In this document: positions 37,499-48,009 of the stretch, in pieces
Layout: every line of letters begins with the position of its first letter
Numbering within the stretch: the first letter of the stretch is position 1
Virus record (IMG/VR): IMGVR_UViG_3300028048_000091
Location: 42,705 to 106,704 of that record
Strand: one strand, 5' to 3'
DNA: 64,000 nt
From: a virus
Taxonomy: Duplodnaviria; Caudoviricetes
Notes under the pieces: model-generated
Seen by the model: the letters and a program-made list of their open reading frames with translations, nothing else
What the model was told of the DNA's origin: nothing
Database searches by the model: none
Position numbers and translations under genes: made by a program

Positions 37499-38839
37499 TT
37501 AAATTCCTAATTGTTTTCTTCTTATACTAAGGAGTAGGTCATTAACAAAATCAACGTTTATCTCATCCGGAATAGTAGACTCGGCCATTGCTTTCTCCAT
37601 TTCGTCTTTTCTTGCATTGAGTTTTTCCATAAGTTCATCATATTCATACTTATGGTTTCTGATGTCAAGCAAGAACTCTGCATCAATTCCGCTTCTGTCA
37701 ACTTTGTAACCCTCTCCACGTGCAATCTCAATACCACAATTCATAAGTCTGAAACATTCACATATGTTCTTAGCATCATATGACTTATGAAGATTACTCT
37801 CATACCTCACTGGATTACGATGTTTAACCCAATCTTGATATTCAAGCCACCTACGGCAATGTTGGCTGTAAGAATCCTTCATATAAGAAATATGGCATAT
37901 CGGCATTTCATCCTTTTCGACTGAAGACAACCTCAGTTCATTAGATGTGTGGTCTCGATTAACCATACCTTTATATCCAATAGGCTTCTGTTCCTTATAC
38001 CATTTTTCAAGGTTATCGGCTGTGAAGTCATAACTATCATAAGGCGCACTATCCACACGTAAATGATAAAAATCTACAATAAGTTTTACCATATTCTTGA
38101 ATTGTGCTTTTTTAAGAACCTCTTTCAAATCCTCACGTCCATCTTCCTTAATTTGTCTTACAATCTTAATTGTATCATAGTCAGTAATGTCATTCCATGC
38201 ATCAATCAAATCCTCACAAGTTACACCTTCATGAAGAAAATGATTTCCCCAATCATAGAAACAGCCAAACATAGTAGGCATGTTAGCAATATTGACAAGG
38301 CCGCAATACTCTTGTTTTAAGCCCCTATATTCAAGCCAATTGAGTATCTTACTACTTCCTTGTTTATGGAATGTGTACACAAAGTCAAGTAATTCCCTAC
38401 GCTCAGGAACATCCCAATTAATAAGTTTCTTCAAACCAGTAGCCTTTTTGATTTGAGAGCGTCCGTATGAGTAAAAACTGTCGAAACACTTCTTTGTAAG
38501 AAACTCATTCTTATATGATTTAAGTTCAGTCATAATAGGATGCTCAAACTGAACATACTTGTCATCTACAAACAATGCTTCAAGTACGGTAGGATTAGAC
38601 TTCAGTAGCAGATTCATGAACTTCTGCATTTCATACCATACAATGTCATTTGTCTCATTGGCAATCTGGTCTTGATAATCCAAACCAAGACCAATTAACT
38701 GTTCAGCCGGTGCTAAGAACACGCCTCCATAGTCTTCATCGGACAAAGGGGTGCTAATACCGTGACAGTGGCTTCCACGTAAGTAATTGTAAATCAATAA
38801 GTTACGCTCTTTTATTTCACTAAAACTATAAGTCTTCAT
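37499..38839 (-). CDS. Pol-beta superfamily nucleotidyltransferase (YcgL-like)
   Basis: RGSHCHG..TPLSDEDYGGVF, NPTVLE, YDAKN and LLDIR motifs. Confidence 0.85.
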   Translation of the reverse strand: MKTYSFSEIKERNLLIYNYLRGSHCHGISTPLSDEDYGGVFLAPAEQLIGLGLDYQDQIANETNDIVWYEMQKFMNLLLKSNPTVLEALFVDDKYVQFEHPIMTELKSYKNEFLTKKCFDSFYSYGRSQIKKATGLKKLINWDVPERRELLDFVYTFHKQGSSKILNWLEYRGLKQEYCGLVNIANMPTMFGCFYDWGNHFLHEGVTCEDLIDAWNDITDYDTIKIVRQIKEDGREDLKEVLKKAQFKNMVKLIVDFYHLRVDSAPYDSYDFTADNLEKWYKEQKPIGYKGMVNRDHTSNELRLSSVEKDEMPICHISYMKDSYSQHCRRWLEYQDWVKHRNPVRYESNLHKSYDAKNICECFRLMNCGIEIARGEGYKVDRSGIDAEFLLDIRNHKYEYDELMEKLNARKDEMEKAMAESTIPDEINVDFVNDLLLSIRRKQLGI

Positions 38840-38840
38840 T

Positions 38841-39410
38841 TCAAATAACTTTTAACAACTCTTTATCAGTGTATACTTTTGTCCCTCCTCTACCTATTGC
38901 TTCAACAATATACTTATTTGAGAAACCGTGGCTTTCTTTGATTATTCCCTTATATCCTTCCTTATCAACAATTACAACATCCCCTTTACAAAACTTTTCA
39001 TTTTCTACCATTTTAAGATTATCCCCTGAATAATGTTTTACATAGGAAAAATATTCAACATTTGTATCTTCAGTTGCTTTGACGTTTGTATTATAAAATG
39101 TGACATAATATCCATCATCATTAATGCCTCTGATTATTCCTTTCTTAAATGGCTTTGATTTAACTTGCACCTTATCACCAATACTAAATCTTTTGTTGCC
39201 TTCATATACAGTCTTAGGTATCTCATCTTTTGTTGCAAGTCTAAAGTGTCTTGCATCAAACCTATCAATTTCTGTGCCGTCAAAACAGTTGTCTCTTCCT
39301 GCAAAGTACACTTTACCTTTTACAAAATGCCTTGTAGGGTCATCGTACCATGAACTTATATGGAATAAGTCTTCAATGCACATATACCATTTTCCTTTCT
39401 TTATTTCCAT
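38841..39410 (-). CDS. Hypothetical protein with SH3/KOW-like repeats
   Basis: FSIGDKV and FCKGDVV repeats. Confidence 0.55.
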   Translation of the reverse strand: MEIKKGKWYMCIEDLFHISSWYDDPTRHFVKGKVYFAGRDNCFDGTEIDRFDARHFRLATKDEIPKTVYEGNKRFSIGDKVQVKSKPFKKGIIRGINDDGYYVTFYNTNVKATEDTNVEYFSYVKHYSGDNLKMVENEKFCKGDVVIVDKEGYKGIIKESHGFSNKYIVEAIGRGGTKVYTDKELLKVI

Positions 39411-39427
39411 AACAATTATAAAATTAA

Positions 39428-39628
39428 TTACTTTTTATTGAATTTATTCTTTAATTTACTTAAATCATCCGCAGTTATCTCACGGTCTTTCTCAACCTTG
39501 GGCTTAACCTCAGATGTGTTACCTACATACTTTTGTGAATAATGTTCAAGCCTCTCTTGTCTGCACAGAGGACATTCTACTGCTGTGTAAAACAGATGAT
39601 GTGTCGGGCACAAAGTCTTTTGTATCAT
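39428..39628 (-). CDS. Small zinc-binding protein
   Basis: CPTH...CPLC. Confidence 0.55.
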   Translation of the reverse strand: MIQKTLCPTHHLFYTAVECPLCRQERLEHYSQKYVGNTSEVKPKVEKDREITADDLSKLKNKFNKK

Positions 39629-39984
39629 AGTTTCTTTTTAAATGATTAAACTTGTTCTTAACCTTGTTAGTGATTCTTGAATGATTACATTTCTTATCTA
39701 TTGCGGCAGCGGTTAAACCGATACCGGCCAAACTCCAACAAACAAAACACATATATTATATATCATAATGTATACTATTATTCTTAATGTTGCTGTAATT
39801 GAATGTACGTACCAATTTTATCGTTTAATCTTGTAATGTTGTCATTAAGTGTATCAAGTTTACGACCTATCTGTGACATTTCCTTTGTCTGTGCTGAAAT
39901 AGCCTTCTCAAGATTACCCAACACCTTAATTAATTCTTTTGCTTCTTGCTTTTCCATATGTAATCCTATTCTTTTACTATTATT

Positions 39985-40503
39985 TTATTTTTCCCAAGAA
40001 AATATTGAAATCAAAAAATATAACCAAACACAAAAAAATACTATTATTAGTACAAAACCAAGAGCCATTATAAGTTCATTCCAAAATCCCCATGAGTTAT
40101 CACCGACAGCATCTTTCCTTATATCCTTGAATTTCACTTTGTCACCGACTTCATATGAACTATATGTGGCAAACGTAACCTTAACGTCAAATTTATGCCA
40201 CTTGGGGTTATCCGGTGTAATTGCAAGCATGAAAATCTGTTCATCATAGTGTTTATGATGCTTATACGTAGTCCCCTTTGCAAATACAGTACCTTCTACA
40301 TCTACAGTTCTATTTCCTACTTGTGAGAAAACACCAAATAGACAAAATCCAAACAATAATGTTATCACGACAAACCATTTTATGTACCACTTCCTTGGTT
40401 TGTCATCATTATCATCACTTGCAATGCCACCACCTCGCATTGAACCGTTCATTAAAACTGCTGTTGCTGCCATCATAGGCACTCCATATGCTCCAAATCC
40501 CAT
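39985..40503 (-). CDS. Two-TM membrane protein
   Basis: Two hydrophobic helices around a beta-rich domain. Confidence 0.6.
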   Translation of the reverse strand: MGFGAYGVPMMAATAVLMNGSMRGGGIASDDNDDKPRKWYIKWFVVITLLFGFCLFGVFSQVGNRTVDVEGTVFAKGTTYKHHKHYDEQIFMLAITPDNPKWHKFDVKVTFATYSSYEVGDKVKFKDIRKDAVGDNSWGFWNELIMALGFVLIIVFFCVWLYFLISIFSWEK

Positions 40504-40671
40504 AGTTTGTTAATTAGTTACAACGCTTTTTTAAAATACTCATAAACTCCTTGGCCATGTTTTCAGCAAGACCTTCTGCAAGAAAGCCACTAAATGTTTC
40601 CTTAACCAACTTTTCAACTTCATTGAAAATCTTTTCCTTTTCCATACTATATATTTTTTATTTTGACAATG

Positions 40672-40726
40672 CAAAGATACTATAAAAAGTTGATAAAACA
40701 AAGAAATTTTAGTTAAAAAATATTAA
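40672..40726 (-). promoter_or_regulatory. Bacteroidetes housekeeping promoter (near copy of 7190-7243)
   Basis: TTTG-N19-TATCTTTG. Confidence 0.85.
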
Positions 40727-40774
40727 AAATAAAAAAATGGCCACGGATATTTCACCTTGACCATTTATAGAAGA

Positions 40775-41791
40775 TTATTTATTAAAGAATTTTTCAATCC
40801 TATTGTAATATTCCTGATACTTTGGTGTATTAATGATATTTCTATCACGTTTTCCTTCAAACTTCACGTCGACCACATCACCGAATGTATGTGTCTTAGC
40901 ATCAAGTAGATAAACTCTCTGTGACAGATATACTGCCTCGTTGATATCATGTGTAATCATGATAAATGTACGGTCAACCTTATCATCATAGAACAATTTA
41001 AGCAAAATGTCTTGCATTGATGCCTTTGATGCAGTATCAAGACCGGAACTGTATTCATCAAGTATCATAATCTGAGAATCACCTGCAAGATTACGTGCCA
41101 ATGAAACACGCTGCAACTGCCCACCTGACAATGATGGATATTGCGCCCATTTATACTCATGTCCTTCAAGCCCGACGAGTTTAAGGATTTCCATTGCCTT
41201 TGCTTCACGTTCCTCTTTGCCAACACCTTTCATTTTCAACGGCAAAGCGACATTTTCAAGAACTGTCATCCAAGGGAATGAAGAATACTGTTGGAATACC
41301 ATAGGAACATGTGTCTTTTCATCATAAGGCTTACCATACATCTTAACAACACCATCATTTGGTCTTTTAAGTCCCGAAATCAGACGTGAAAGTTGTGTTT
41401 TACCACTTCCGCTACCACCCATGATTGCAATAAACTGTCCCTCACCCTTAAAATCAGGTATTGAGAAATTCAATTTATTAAATAATGTGAAATCACCGAA
41501 TTTTAGTGTTACATTCTCAAGGTCGATAACATTAGGAGTGCTCTCAATTTCATATTCACCGTCATACTTCTTAGTAGGAACAATTTGGCTGTTTGTAACA
41601 CTTTCCTTACATTGCTCTCTAACCATTTCCACCTCTTGTGTCGTAATAGTTGGTGCAACATGGTCTTTCAGTACGGAAGCAATTTCAGAAGGTGAGCATG
41701 CAACTGTTTCACCAAGACCTTTATCCGTAGTTTTGTTTACTGTCTTTCCAGCAACATTTTCCTTCAATATATTTGAAAATAAATTACCCAT
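40775..41791 (-). CDS. ABC transporter ATPase, TauB/SsuB-like
   Basis: GGSGSGKT, VFQ, LSGGQLQR, ILDE and ITHDINEAVYLS motifs. Confidence 0.92.
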   Translation of the reverse strand: MGNLFSNILKENVAGKTVNKTTDKGLGETVACSPSEIASVLKDHVAPTITTQEVEMVREQCKESVTNSQIVPTKKYDGEYEIESTPNVIDLENVTLKFGDFTLFNKLNFSIPDFKGEGQFIAIMGGSGSGKTQLSRLISGLKRPNDGVVKMYGKPYDEKTHVPMVFQQYSSFPWMTVLENVALPLKMKGVGKEEREAKAMEILKLVGLEGHEYKWAQYPSLSGGQLQRVSLARNLAGDSQIMILDEYSSGLDTASKASMQDILLKLFYDDKVDRTFIMITHDINEAVYLSQRVYLLDAKTHTFGDVVDVKFEGKRDRNIINTPKYQEYYNRIEKFFNK

Positions 41792-41796
41792 TTCAA

Positions 41797-42618
41797 TTAG
41801 TTTTTATATGGAAACAACTTCTTAATTAATTTAGCAAAAACAAAATCCTGCACAAAGCCAATTGCAATAATCAATACGATAAGAGCATATGCCTCTGGTA
41901 TATGCGACTGCCTAATCATGGTATTAATTGATGCACCAAGACCTGTAATTTCCCCATCCTTATAAATCAACTCTGCTACGGTTACATATGTCCAACTGAC
42001 AGCAAGCAAATCACGGCATGTATCAGCAACACCACTCGTTACATACGGCCAATATACATATCTGAACTTTTCCCAATTGGATGCACCCATTGTCTGAATT
42101 GTCTGAAGATATACATTATCCTTATCATTCTTAGGATTCTGCAAATCATTAATCTTATTAACAATTGCAGGAATGATATATACCATCAATGCAGCGGTCA
42201 AAAACCATACCTTCATGTTAAATGTAAGGCCGAAAATTGAAACGAATATCGAACTTATTGCCACAAACGGAAGAAACCTAATACTCGTTATGTATTTACT
42301 GATTAGCAAATTAAGTAATGGGCATAAAGTGATAATAAAACCTATTGGCAATGACAAACCGATGGCATATACATAACAAAGCAAATTCATTTTAAGGCTG
42401 AACCATGCATTACCAAACATATGATACTCACTTATCAGTGTCCCATAACTTCCAACTACCTTAAATGGGTCAGGAAGAATGTTAGTCGGTATAATTTCAT
42501 TTACCGATATGAAATGCCAACCTAAAATGATAATGATGAAACCAACGACACTTATTATGATATTCTGTACAGTACCAAAGTCGCTTTCTCCACCAAATTT
42601 GAATAACTTTTTAAACAT
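41797..42618 (-). CDS. ABC transporter permease, TauC/SsuC-like
   Basis: Multiple TM helices, ILPDP, MGAS EAA-like loop, SWTYVTVAEL. Confidence 0.88.
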   Translation of the reverse strand: MFKKLFKFGGESDFGTVQNIIISVVGFIIIILGWHFISVNEIIPTNILPDPFKVVGSYGTLISEYHMFGNAWFSLKMNLLCYVYAIGLSLPIGFIITLCPLLNLLISKYITSIRFLPFVAISSIFVSIFGLTFNMKVWFLTAALMVYIIPAIVNKINDLQNPKNDKDNVYLQTIQTMGASNWEKFRYVYWPYVTSGVADTCRDLLAVSWTYVTVAELIYKDGEITGLGASINTMIRQSHIPEAYALIVLIIAIGFVQDFVFAKLIKKLFPYKN

Positions 42619-42708
42619 TGAAAGAATTTTTTAGATTAGAAATGGAGTGACCAACTTTTTAGTCAACCACTCCATCGAACTTATATTATATTTCGAAAGT
42701 AAATGTAA

Positions 42709-44280
42709 TCACTCGTTAATCAACTCGAAATCAGTTGTACGATAATTCTGATTTGCCCCTGTAACACCATCAGCAAGAGCCTTCTTTGAACCATTACCGA
42801 CGATAATGAAGCGGTTCTTGTCAAATCCATACTCTTTGATGAGATAATTGGCTACTGACTGAGCACGTGCCTTAGAAAGTGGTACATTGACTGCATCAGA
42901 ACCTGTTGCATCGGTATTACCCTCAATACGGATACGTGAACCATTGAACTGCTTTGCGATACCCACGAACTCACGGTCAATTACCGCCTTCGCGTCATTA
43001 TCGAGAACATCACTACCACTTGGATAATCGATAGTCACCTTTTTGGTCGACATTGCGGCGGCTGTCTCAATCTCCTTTGTAGGTGCTGTGAACGTCTTAG
43101 CCTTTTCTGCTGACTGCTCGCCCTTTACACCAGATGGGTCTGCCACAAGTTCCTCGATAATTGAACTGTCTGATACCTTATTCCATGAAAGTGGCGACTT
43201 ACAGAGTTTAAGACCTGCATATGTACGTGCCATCTTAGAATAGAGTTCCGAACCCTGTACGCCAGTATAAGATGCATTCAAACCGAAGAAATTAGCCTCA
43301 TCGCCAAGTGTTACATAATGAATGTTCTTTGAACCGTCAATTGCAAACTGCTCGTCAGTACCATAACCCTTAGCGAATGCCTTTGCTGCCTGCTCAACAG
43401 CCTTTGGTTCGCTATTCATCTTCACATTAGCCATAAGAAGTGCTGAAATCAACTTCTTAACATTCTCACGGTTTGCATCAAGATAAGACTGCTTTGCAAT
43501 AAGTCCGTCGCAAATAATGCTACTTGCCTGCTTGGTCGATACAAGAACCTTTGCACCATTAACAGTTGCTACAATGTCTTGGTCATCAGGTGAGAACACT
43601 ACTGCGGCATCACACTGTCCTGCCTTGAAAATTGCTGCTGCATCAAGGCCACTTGCCACAATCTTAATATTCACCTTATTTGGGTCAATATTCGAACCTG
43701 TATTCACCTTATCATAACCTATACCGTTGGTCTCAAGGGTATTCAGAAGAAGTGTATGACTTGCAGTACCCTCAGAACAAGCAACAACCTTACCAATAAG
43801 ATTACCAACCGTCTGAACGTTCTTATTCACTACAATAGCATCAGCACCACGTGACCAATTGGAAATATTGAAGAAACGTGAATCTGCCATTTCCGAACCC
43901 TCTGACATTTCAACAGGTAGAGCATCTGCCGTACAATAGATGATGTCAATATCACCATTACGGAATGCTGAACGTCCTGCTTGGAAATCATCCTGAATTA
44001 CAATCTTCAACTTAATACCATAATCCTTATAGATGATGCTTTCCTCATTCGGGTCAAGACCGTTGTTGAGGTACATAAATGGAAGGAAACCTGCATAGGT
44101 GTTAGTTCCAACGGTGATTACATTCTTGTCACCACCACCGAATACACTGGTGAATACACCCTTAGTGTCCTTACTTCCATCAGATGACTGTCCCATCCAC
44201 CAAAGGCCAAACACAATAGCGGCGACTGCGAGAATAATTCCTGCGTAGCGAACCCAACTTTTTACAATAACTTTTGCCAT
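42709..44280 (-). CDS. Membrane-anchored SsuA/NMT1-like substrate-binding protein fused to an OmpA-like domain
   Basis: N-terminal TM, WSRGADAIV, C-terminal IEGNTDATGS...LSKARAQSV. Confidence 0.88.
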   Translation of the reverse strand: MAKVIVKSWVRYAGIILAVAAIVFGLWWMGQSSDGSKDTKGVFTSVFGGGDKNVITVGTNTYAGFLPFMYLNNGLDPNEESIIYKDYGIKLKIVIQDDFQAGRSAFRNGDIDIIYCTADALPVEMSEGSEMADSRFFNISNWSRGADAIVVNKNVQTVGNLIGKVVACSEGTASHTLLLNTLETNGIGYDKVNTGSNIDPNKVNIKIVASGLDAAAIFKAGQCDAAVVFSPDDQDIVATVNGAKVLVSTKQASSIICDGLIAKQSYLDANRENVKKLISALLMANVKMNSEPKAVEQAAKAFAKGYGTDEQFAIDGSKNIHYVTLGDEANFFGLNASYTGVQGSELYSKMARTYAGLKLCKSPLSWNKVSDSSIIEELVADPSGVKGEQSAEKAKTFTAPTKEIETAAAMSTKKVTIDYPSGSDVLDNDAKAVIDREFVGIAKQFNGSRIRIEGNTDATGSDAVNVPLSKARAQSVANYLIKEYGFDKNRFIIVGNGSKKALADGVTGANQNYRTTDFELINE

Positions 44281-44344
44281 AATTCTTTTTTATTAATTTA
44301 CGTTTTTTTTTGTTAAACTTTTGTTTTTAATTCTCTCTTTCCAA

Positions 44345-44410
44345 ATTTGGTAGTGCAAAGGTAATACAAATTTTCCGCACTACCAAATAATTTTCGTTAA
44401 AAAGTGTTAA
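44345..44410 (-). promoter_or_regulatory. Promoter of the ABC operon inside a 12-bp inverted repeat
   Basis: TTTG-N20-TACCTTTG; ATTTGGTAGTGC/GCACTACCAAAT. Confidence 0.8.
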
Positions 44411-44886
44411 TCATCTGAATGTTTTTTAAGATACTCACTTACCAGTGTCCATTTCTTAACATCATAACCATCACGGACATACCATTTGCCATCTTCATCG
44501 AAGAGATATTGCCATTCTTCACTAACACGTGGGCACTCATCGGTAAAGTTTGGAAGCAAATCTTCATATTGTTCATCACGGTCTTCCATTGCAACATAGC
44601 CTGTTACATCAGAATCTACACTACTTGCATCGCCACCAAGGATGAGATTTAACACCTTATCGTAAGTGTCCCAATACTTCACAAGTGAAGTGCCAAGTCC
44701 CTCTGGGTAACTATCCCAATGTTGGTAGATTTCAGCATACTTCTTGCTTAACTCTACTTCGAAACACTTGGTTTCATACTTCTTAATTCTCTCTTCATCC
44801 TTAGTAAGATAAGTAGGATTAACCTTTACCTTTTTGCCAAGGTCTTCATCCTTAATCTTAATTACAATTGTTCCTCTTGTAGCCAT
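44407..44886 (-). CDS. Conserved phage protein (MATR...IYQHWDSYPEGLG)
   Basis: Recognisable YxHWDxYP motif. Confidence 0.7.
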   Translation of the reverse strand: MATRGTIVIKIKDEDLGKKVKVNPTYLTKDEERIKKYETKCFEVELSKKYAEIYQHWDSYPEGLGTSLVKYWDTYDKVLNLILGGDASSVDSDVTGYVAMEDRDEQYEDLLPNFTDECPRVSEEWQYLFDEDGKWYVRDGYDVKKWTLVSEYLKKHSDD

Positions 44887-44904
44887 AATATTATCCTATT
44901 TTAA

Positions 44905-45975
44905 TCAATTAAAATAACTTCTCTTGGCAGGGGCTTTTTCAGATGTATTAACCTCAATTGGTACTTGTTCCTCATACCTTGCACTATTAAGTGAATTAAG
45001 GTCAAACATAGCCTTTTGATTCTCGATAGCCTTTGTCTTATATGTTTCCGTATTATTTGTACTGAACAAACCGTCGATACCCTCATTTTCATACTTCTGA
45101 AGCAACTGTGCGGCCTTTTCCGATGTTACACCGTCCTCAACACTAATCTGTGAGAGCAAACCACCGGTCTCGTCAATGACATTAGACATTTCACCAAGTC
45201 GCATAGAAATATCGTAAGCCATGTAGTCCATTGCATGAGTGAAGTCCTCCAAATCATCAGGATTGCCCTTAATGATAGACATAATTGAAGAGAATGCCTT
45301 ATGCTGTGCTTTGATTGACTCATATTCCTCCTTACGGTCATTAACCTCATTTTCAGTGTCAACAACAACCAAATCAGCACGCTCTTTCAACTTTTTAAGG
45401 ATTTCCATCCATTTCTTTGAGTCTTCCAGACGCTTTGACTGCCTCTCAACAGCACCTTGCAGACGTACTACCTGACGTTCTGTAACTTTTGCACGGTCAA
45501 GCATATTGCGCTGCTCATACTGCTTAAGCATACCAAGTTGTTTCTCCAATTCAGCCTTTTTATCATCAACTCTACGTTGATTCTGCGTAATAAGACCCTT
45601 GATATTACCCATCTGTTTCTCGATTACCGAGATTTTCTCCTTCATTTCCTTAACCTTAGCCTCTACAATGGCAATTGGGTCAATTTCGATGATAAGACCT
45701 GTAATCTTACGCATAATAAGGAAATACACCATTGATACCGTTTTCCTAAACCTCTTATCCGAAATAAGGAATGCAATGCCGGCCAATACAGCCACAAGCA
45801 TACCAAGTGTAATGATATTGGTTGTCAGTGTAATAAGAAACGGCAGAATCTTATACAACAGGATAGCGCCACCGGCCACAGCACCGCCAGCTACTATCAA
45901 GCCAAGTGTACCACCCGGCTTCTCCCAAGGTGAAATTTTAGTCTGTGAATCGTTTGTCACAATTAAATCATTCAT
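44905..45975 (-). CDS. Two-TM plus long coiled-coil protein (PspA/IM30-like)
   Basis: TM hairpin, then IDPIAI and ~200 aa of heptads. Confidence 0.6.
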   Translation of the reverse strand: MNDLIVTNDSQTKISPWEKPGGTLGLIVAGGAVAGGAILLYKILPFLITLTTNIITLGMLVAVLAGIAFLISDKRFRKTVSMVYFLIMRKITGLIIEIDPIAIVEAKVKEMKEKISVIEKQMGNIKGLITQNQRRVDDKKAELEKQLGMLKQYEQRNMLDRAKVTERQVVRLQGAVERQSKRLEDSKKWMEILKKLKERADLVVVDTENEVNDRKEEYESIKAQHKAFSSIMSIIKGNPDDLEDFTHAMDYMAYDISMRLGEMSNVIDETGGLLSQISVEDGVTSEKAAQLLQKYENEGIDGLFSTNNTETYKTKAIENQKAMFDLNSLNSARYEEQVPIEVNTSEKAPAKRSYFN

Positions 45976-46002
45976 GTCTTTCTATTCTTTTTTATTAGTT
46001 AA

Positions 46003-46701
46003 TTAATCTTGAAGAATTGAATCAAGTTGCGCCTTATCATCCAAAAGTTTCTTAACAAATACATCAAATGTGTAGTTGAAATTAGCCTTCTTGATGTTAT
46101 GCTCATTCTTAGCGTTCGCAATCTTCGTCTTCTGTTCAGCAACAAATTGAATCTTGTCTTGGAGCTTCTTTTGCAGTGTTACGATTTCCTCCTGTGCAGC
46201 TGTAACCTCATTTTCAGGATTCTCAACATTCTCAACCCACTTTGTGCGTAGTTCCTCCAAACCGTTCTGTCGCTCATTCTCAAGTATCTTAACATAACTA
46301 TCAATACTGTCAAGTACAACCTTTTTAGTTAACTGTGGGGCAGTAGCCTTGATACTAATGTATGCTGTCATGAAACGAGCCTTCTCATCAGGGATAACAG
46401 CCTTAATCGCATCATTCTGTGCAGCCTTGGTAAGTTCAACATAGTCAGGTCCGGGAATATTGCTTTCCTCTACAACCTCACAAAGTTGTTCAAACAGTTT
46501 ATTGTCAAGTTGTCCTTGAATCGTACCGTCTGAATTTACTACAGGTTGTCCAACTGGCGATGCAGATTGAACCGGCGTTGCCATAACAGGTGAAACGATT
46601 GAAGCCGGAGGTGTACTCTGACCTTCATTTACTTGTGACTCTTCATCTTGTACTTCAACAAATGCACTTGCAATTGTCTTGAAAAAATTTCCTTTTGTCA
46701 T
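46003..46701 (-). CDS. Helical coiled-coil protein, partner of the PspA-like gene
   Basis: Amphipathic N-terminus, NIPGPDYVE, C-terminal coiled coil. Confidence 0.6.
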   Translation of the reverse strand: MTKGNFFKTIASAFVEVQDEESQVNEGQSTPPASIVSPVMATPVQSASPVGQPVVNSDGTIQGQLDNKLFEQLCEVVEESNIPGPDYVELTKAAQNDAIKAVIPDEKARFMTAYISIKATAPQLTKKVVLDSIDSYVKILENERQNGLEELRTKWVENVENPENEVTAAQEEIVTLQKKLQDKIQFVAEQKTKIANAKNEHNIKKANFNYTFDVFVKKLLDDKAQLDSILQD

Positions 46702-46772
46702 AGTTTTTATATTTTTCTCTTAATTTTTGTGCAAAGATACTATAAAATTTTGAAAGCACCAAATATTTTCTG

Positions 46773-47018
46773 TTAATGTTTATTAAATTTCTTCGCTTTC
46801 TTATATAATTTATATGCCCCATATAAAGCCCATATACAGAACAGATATAAAGGTAATTCAAAAAATAAAAACCATTTCAGATTAAATCCAATAGTACCAT
46901 AATGCCCAACAATTGCAAATAGAATTCCAAAAAATGCAAGAGTTAGAACAAGAGGTTTGGTAAAATCCTCAAAATGTTGATGTAAAAACCCGCCAATTAA
47001 ATTAATTAATTTTTTCAT
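46773..47018 (-). CDS. Small two-TM membrane protein
   Basis: Hydrophobic helices, basic tail, own promoter at 47046. Confidence 0.55.
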   Translation of the reverse strand: MKKLINLIGGFLHQHFEDFTKPLVLTLAFFGILFAIVGHYGTIGFNLKWFLFFELPLYLFCIWALYGAYKLYKKAKKFNKH

Positions 47019-47135
47019 AATTGATGTATATTATTAAAAACGATACAAAGGTACAAAATTATTCTGAAATAGCCAAATAATTCACCTTAAAGATTGTTAA
47101 AACGAATATTTATTTGTATATAAACAGCATAAAAG

Positions 47136-47771
47136 ATGATTATTTTAATAGACAACGGGCACGGTCAAGACTGTCCAGGCAAGCAATCGCCAAAACTTGA
47201 TAGTTCTATAATTGTTTCAAGTGAATTTACTGAAAACGGACGTTTTAAGGAGTGGAAATATACTAGGGTTATTGCAGATATGCTTGTTACGAAACTCAAA
47301 GCAATGGGTTATGACGCAAGATTACTTGTTACCGAAAAAAAAGACATATCTCTTGGTGAAAGGGTTAAGAGGGTTAACGCAATTTGCAATAAAAGTGGCG
47401 TTTCCAACGTAATAATGATTTCAGTCCATGCAAATGCTGTTGGTGACAGTACCAAATGGATGACCGGACAAGGATGGGAAGCATATACAACAAGAGGTAA
47501 AACAAAATCCGATGTTCTTGCTGAATATCTTTACAAAAGGGCAGAGAAAAACTTCAAAGGAAGAAAAATACGTAAGGATACATCAGACGGAGATAGTGAT
47601 AAAGAAGCAGGTTTCTATATTATCAAAAACGCAAAATGTCCTGCCGTATTAACTGAGAATTTCTTCTATGATAACAAGGATGACCTTAAATACATGGTTT
47701 CAGAAGAAGGTATTCATGCGGTAGTAAGAACACATATTGAGGGAATAATTGATTACATTAACAATAAATAA
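47136..47771 (+). CDS. N-acetylmuramoyl-L-alanine amidase (Amidase_3), probable endolysin
   Basis: IDNGHG, E, SVHANA and PAVLTENFF; upstream ATATTTAT. Confidence 0.92.
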   Translation: MIILIDNGHGQDCPGKQSPKLDSSIIVSSEFTENGRFKEWKYTRVIADMLVTKLKAMGYDARLLVTEKKDISLGERVKRVNAICNKSGVSNVIMISVHANAVGDSTKWMTGQGWEAYTTRGKTKSDVLAEYLYKRAEKNFKGRKIRKDTSDGDSDKEAGFYIIKNAKCPAVLTENFFYDNKDDLKYMVSEEGIHAVVRTHIEGIIDYINNK

Positions 47772-47779
47772 AGGAAAAA

Positions 47780-47968
47780 ATGGAATTATTGAAGATAGTA
47801 TCGGAAGATGGATGGTGGGCGTTAAAAGACAATTCACAAAGATATCATTACGTGGCATATTTGCTAGAAGAAAAAGATGTTTATTGCTACCATCTTGTTG
47901 ATGATGATTGGAACGAAATATATATTCCGACAACAAAGGATATAATTCGCAAAAAAATTGATATTTAA
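47780..47968 (+). CDS. Hypothetical protein
   Basis: Lies between the amidase and a terminator. Confidence 0.5.
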   Translation: MELLKIVSEDGWWALKDNSQRYHYVAYLLEEKDVYCYHLVDDDWNEIYIPTTKDIIRKKIDI

Positions 47969-47998
47969 AAAGGTGGACTCTTAATTGAATCCACCTTT
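47968..47998. terminator. Bidirectional terminator
   Basis: AAAGGTGGA...TCCACCTTT between convergent genes. Confidence 0.75.
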
Positions 47999-48009
47999 AT
48001 CTGTTTGAG

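Noticed and set aside
40775-44280. Host chromosomal contamination or prophage boundary at the ABC operon
   Set aside because: Flanked and interleaved by phage-type genes and driven by the same promoter architecture as the rest of the window
46773-47018. Holin next to the amidase
   Set aside because: Divergently transcribed from a housekeeping-type promoter; TM helices alone are insufficient evidence
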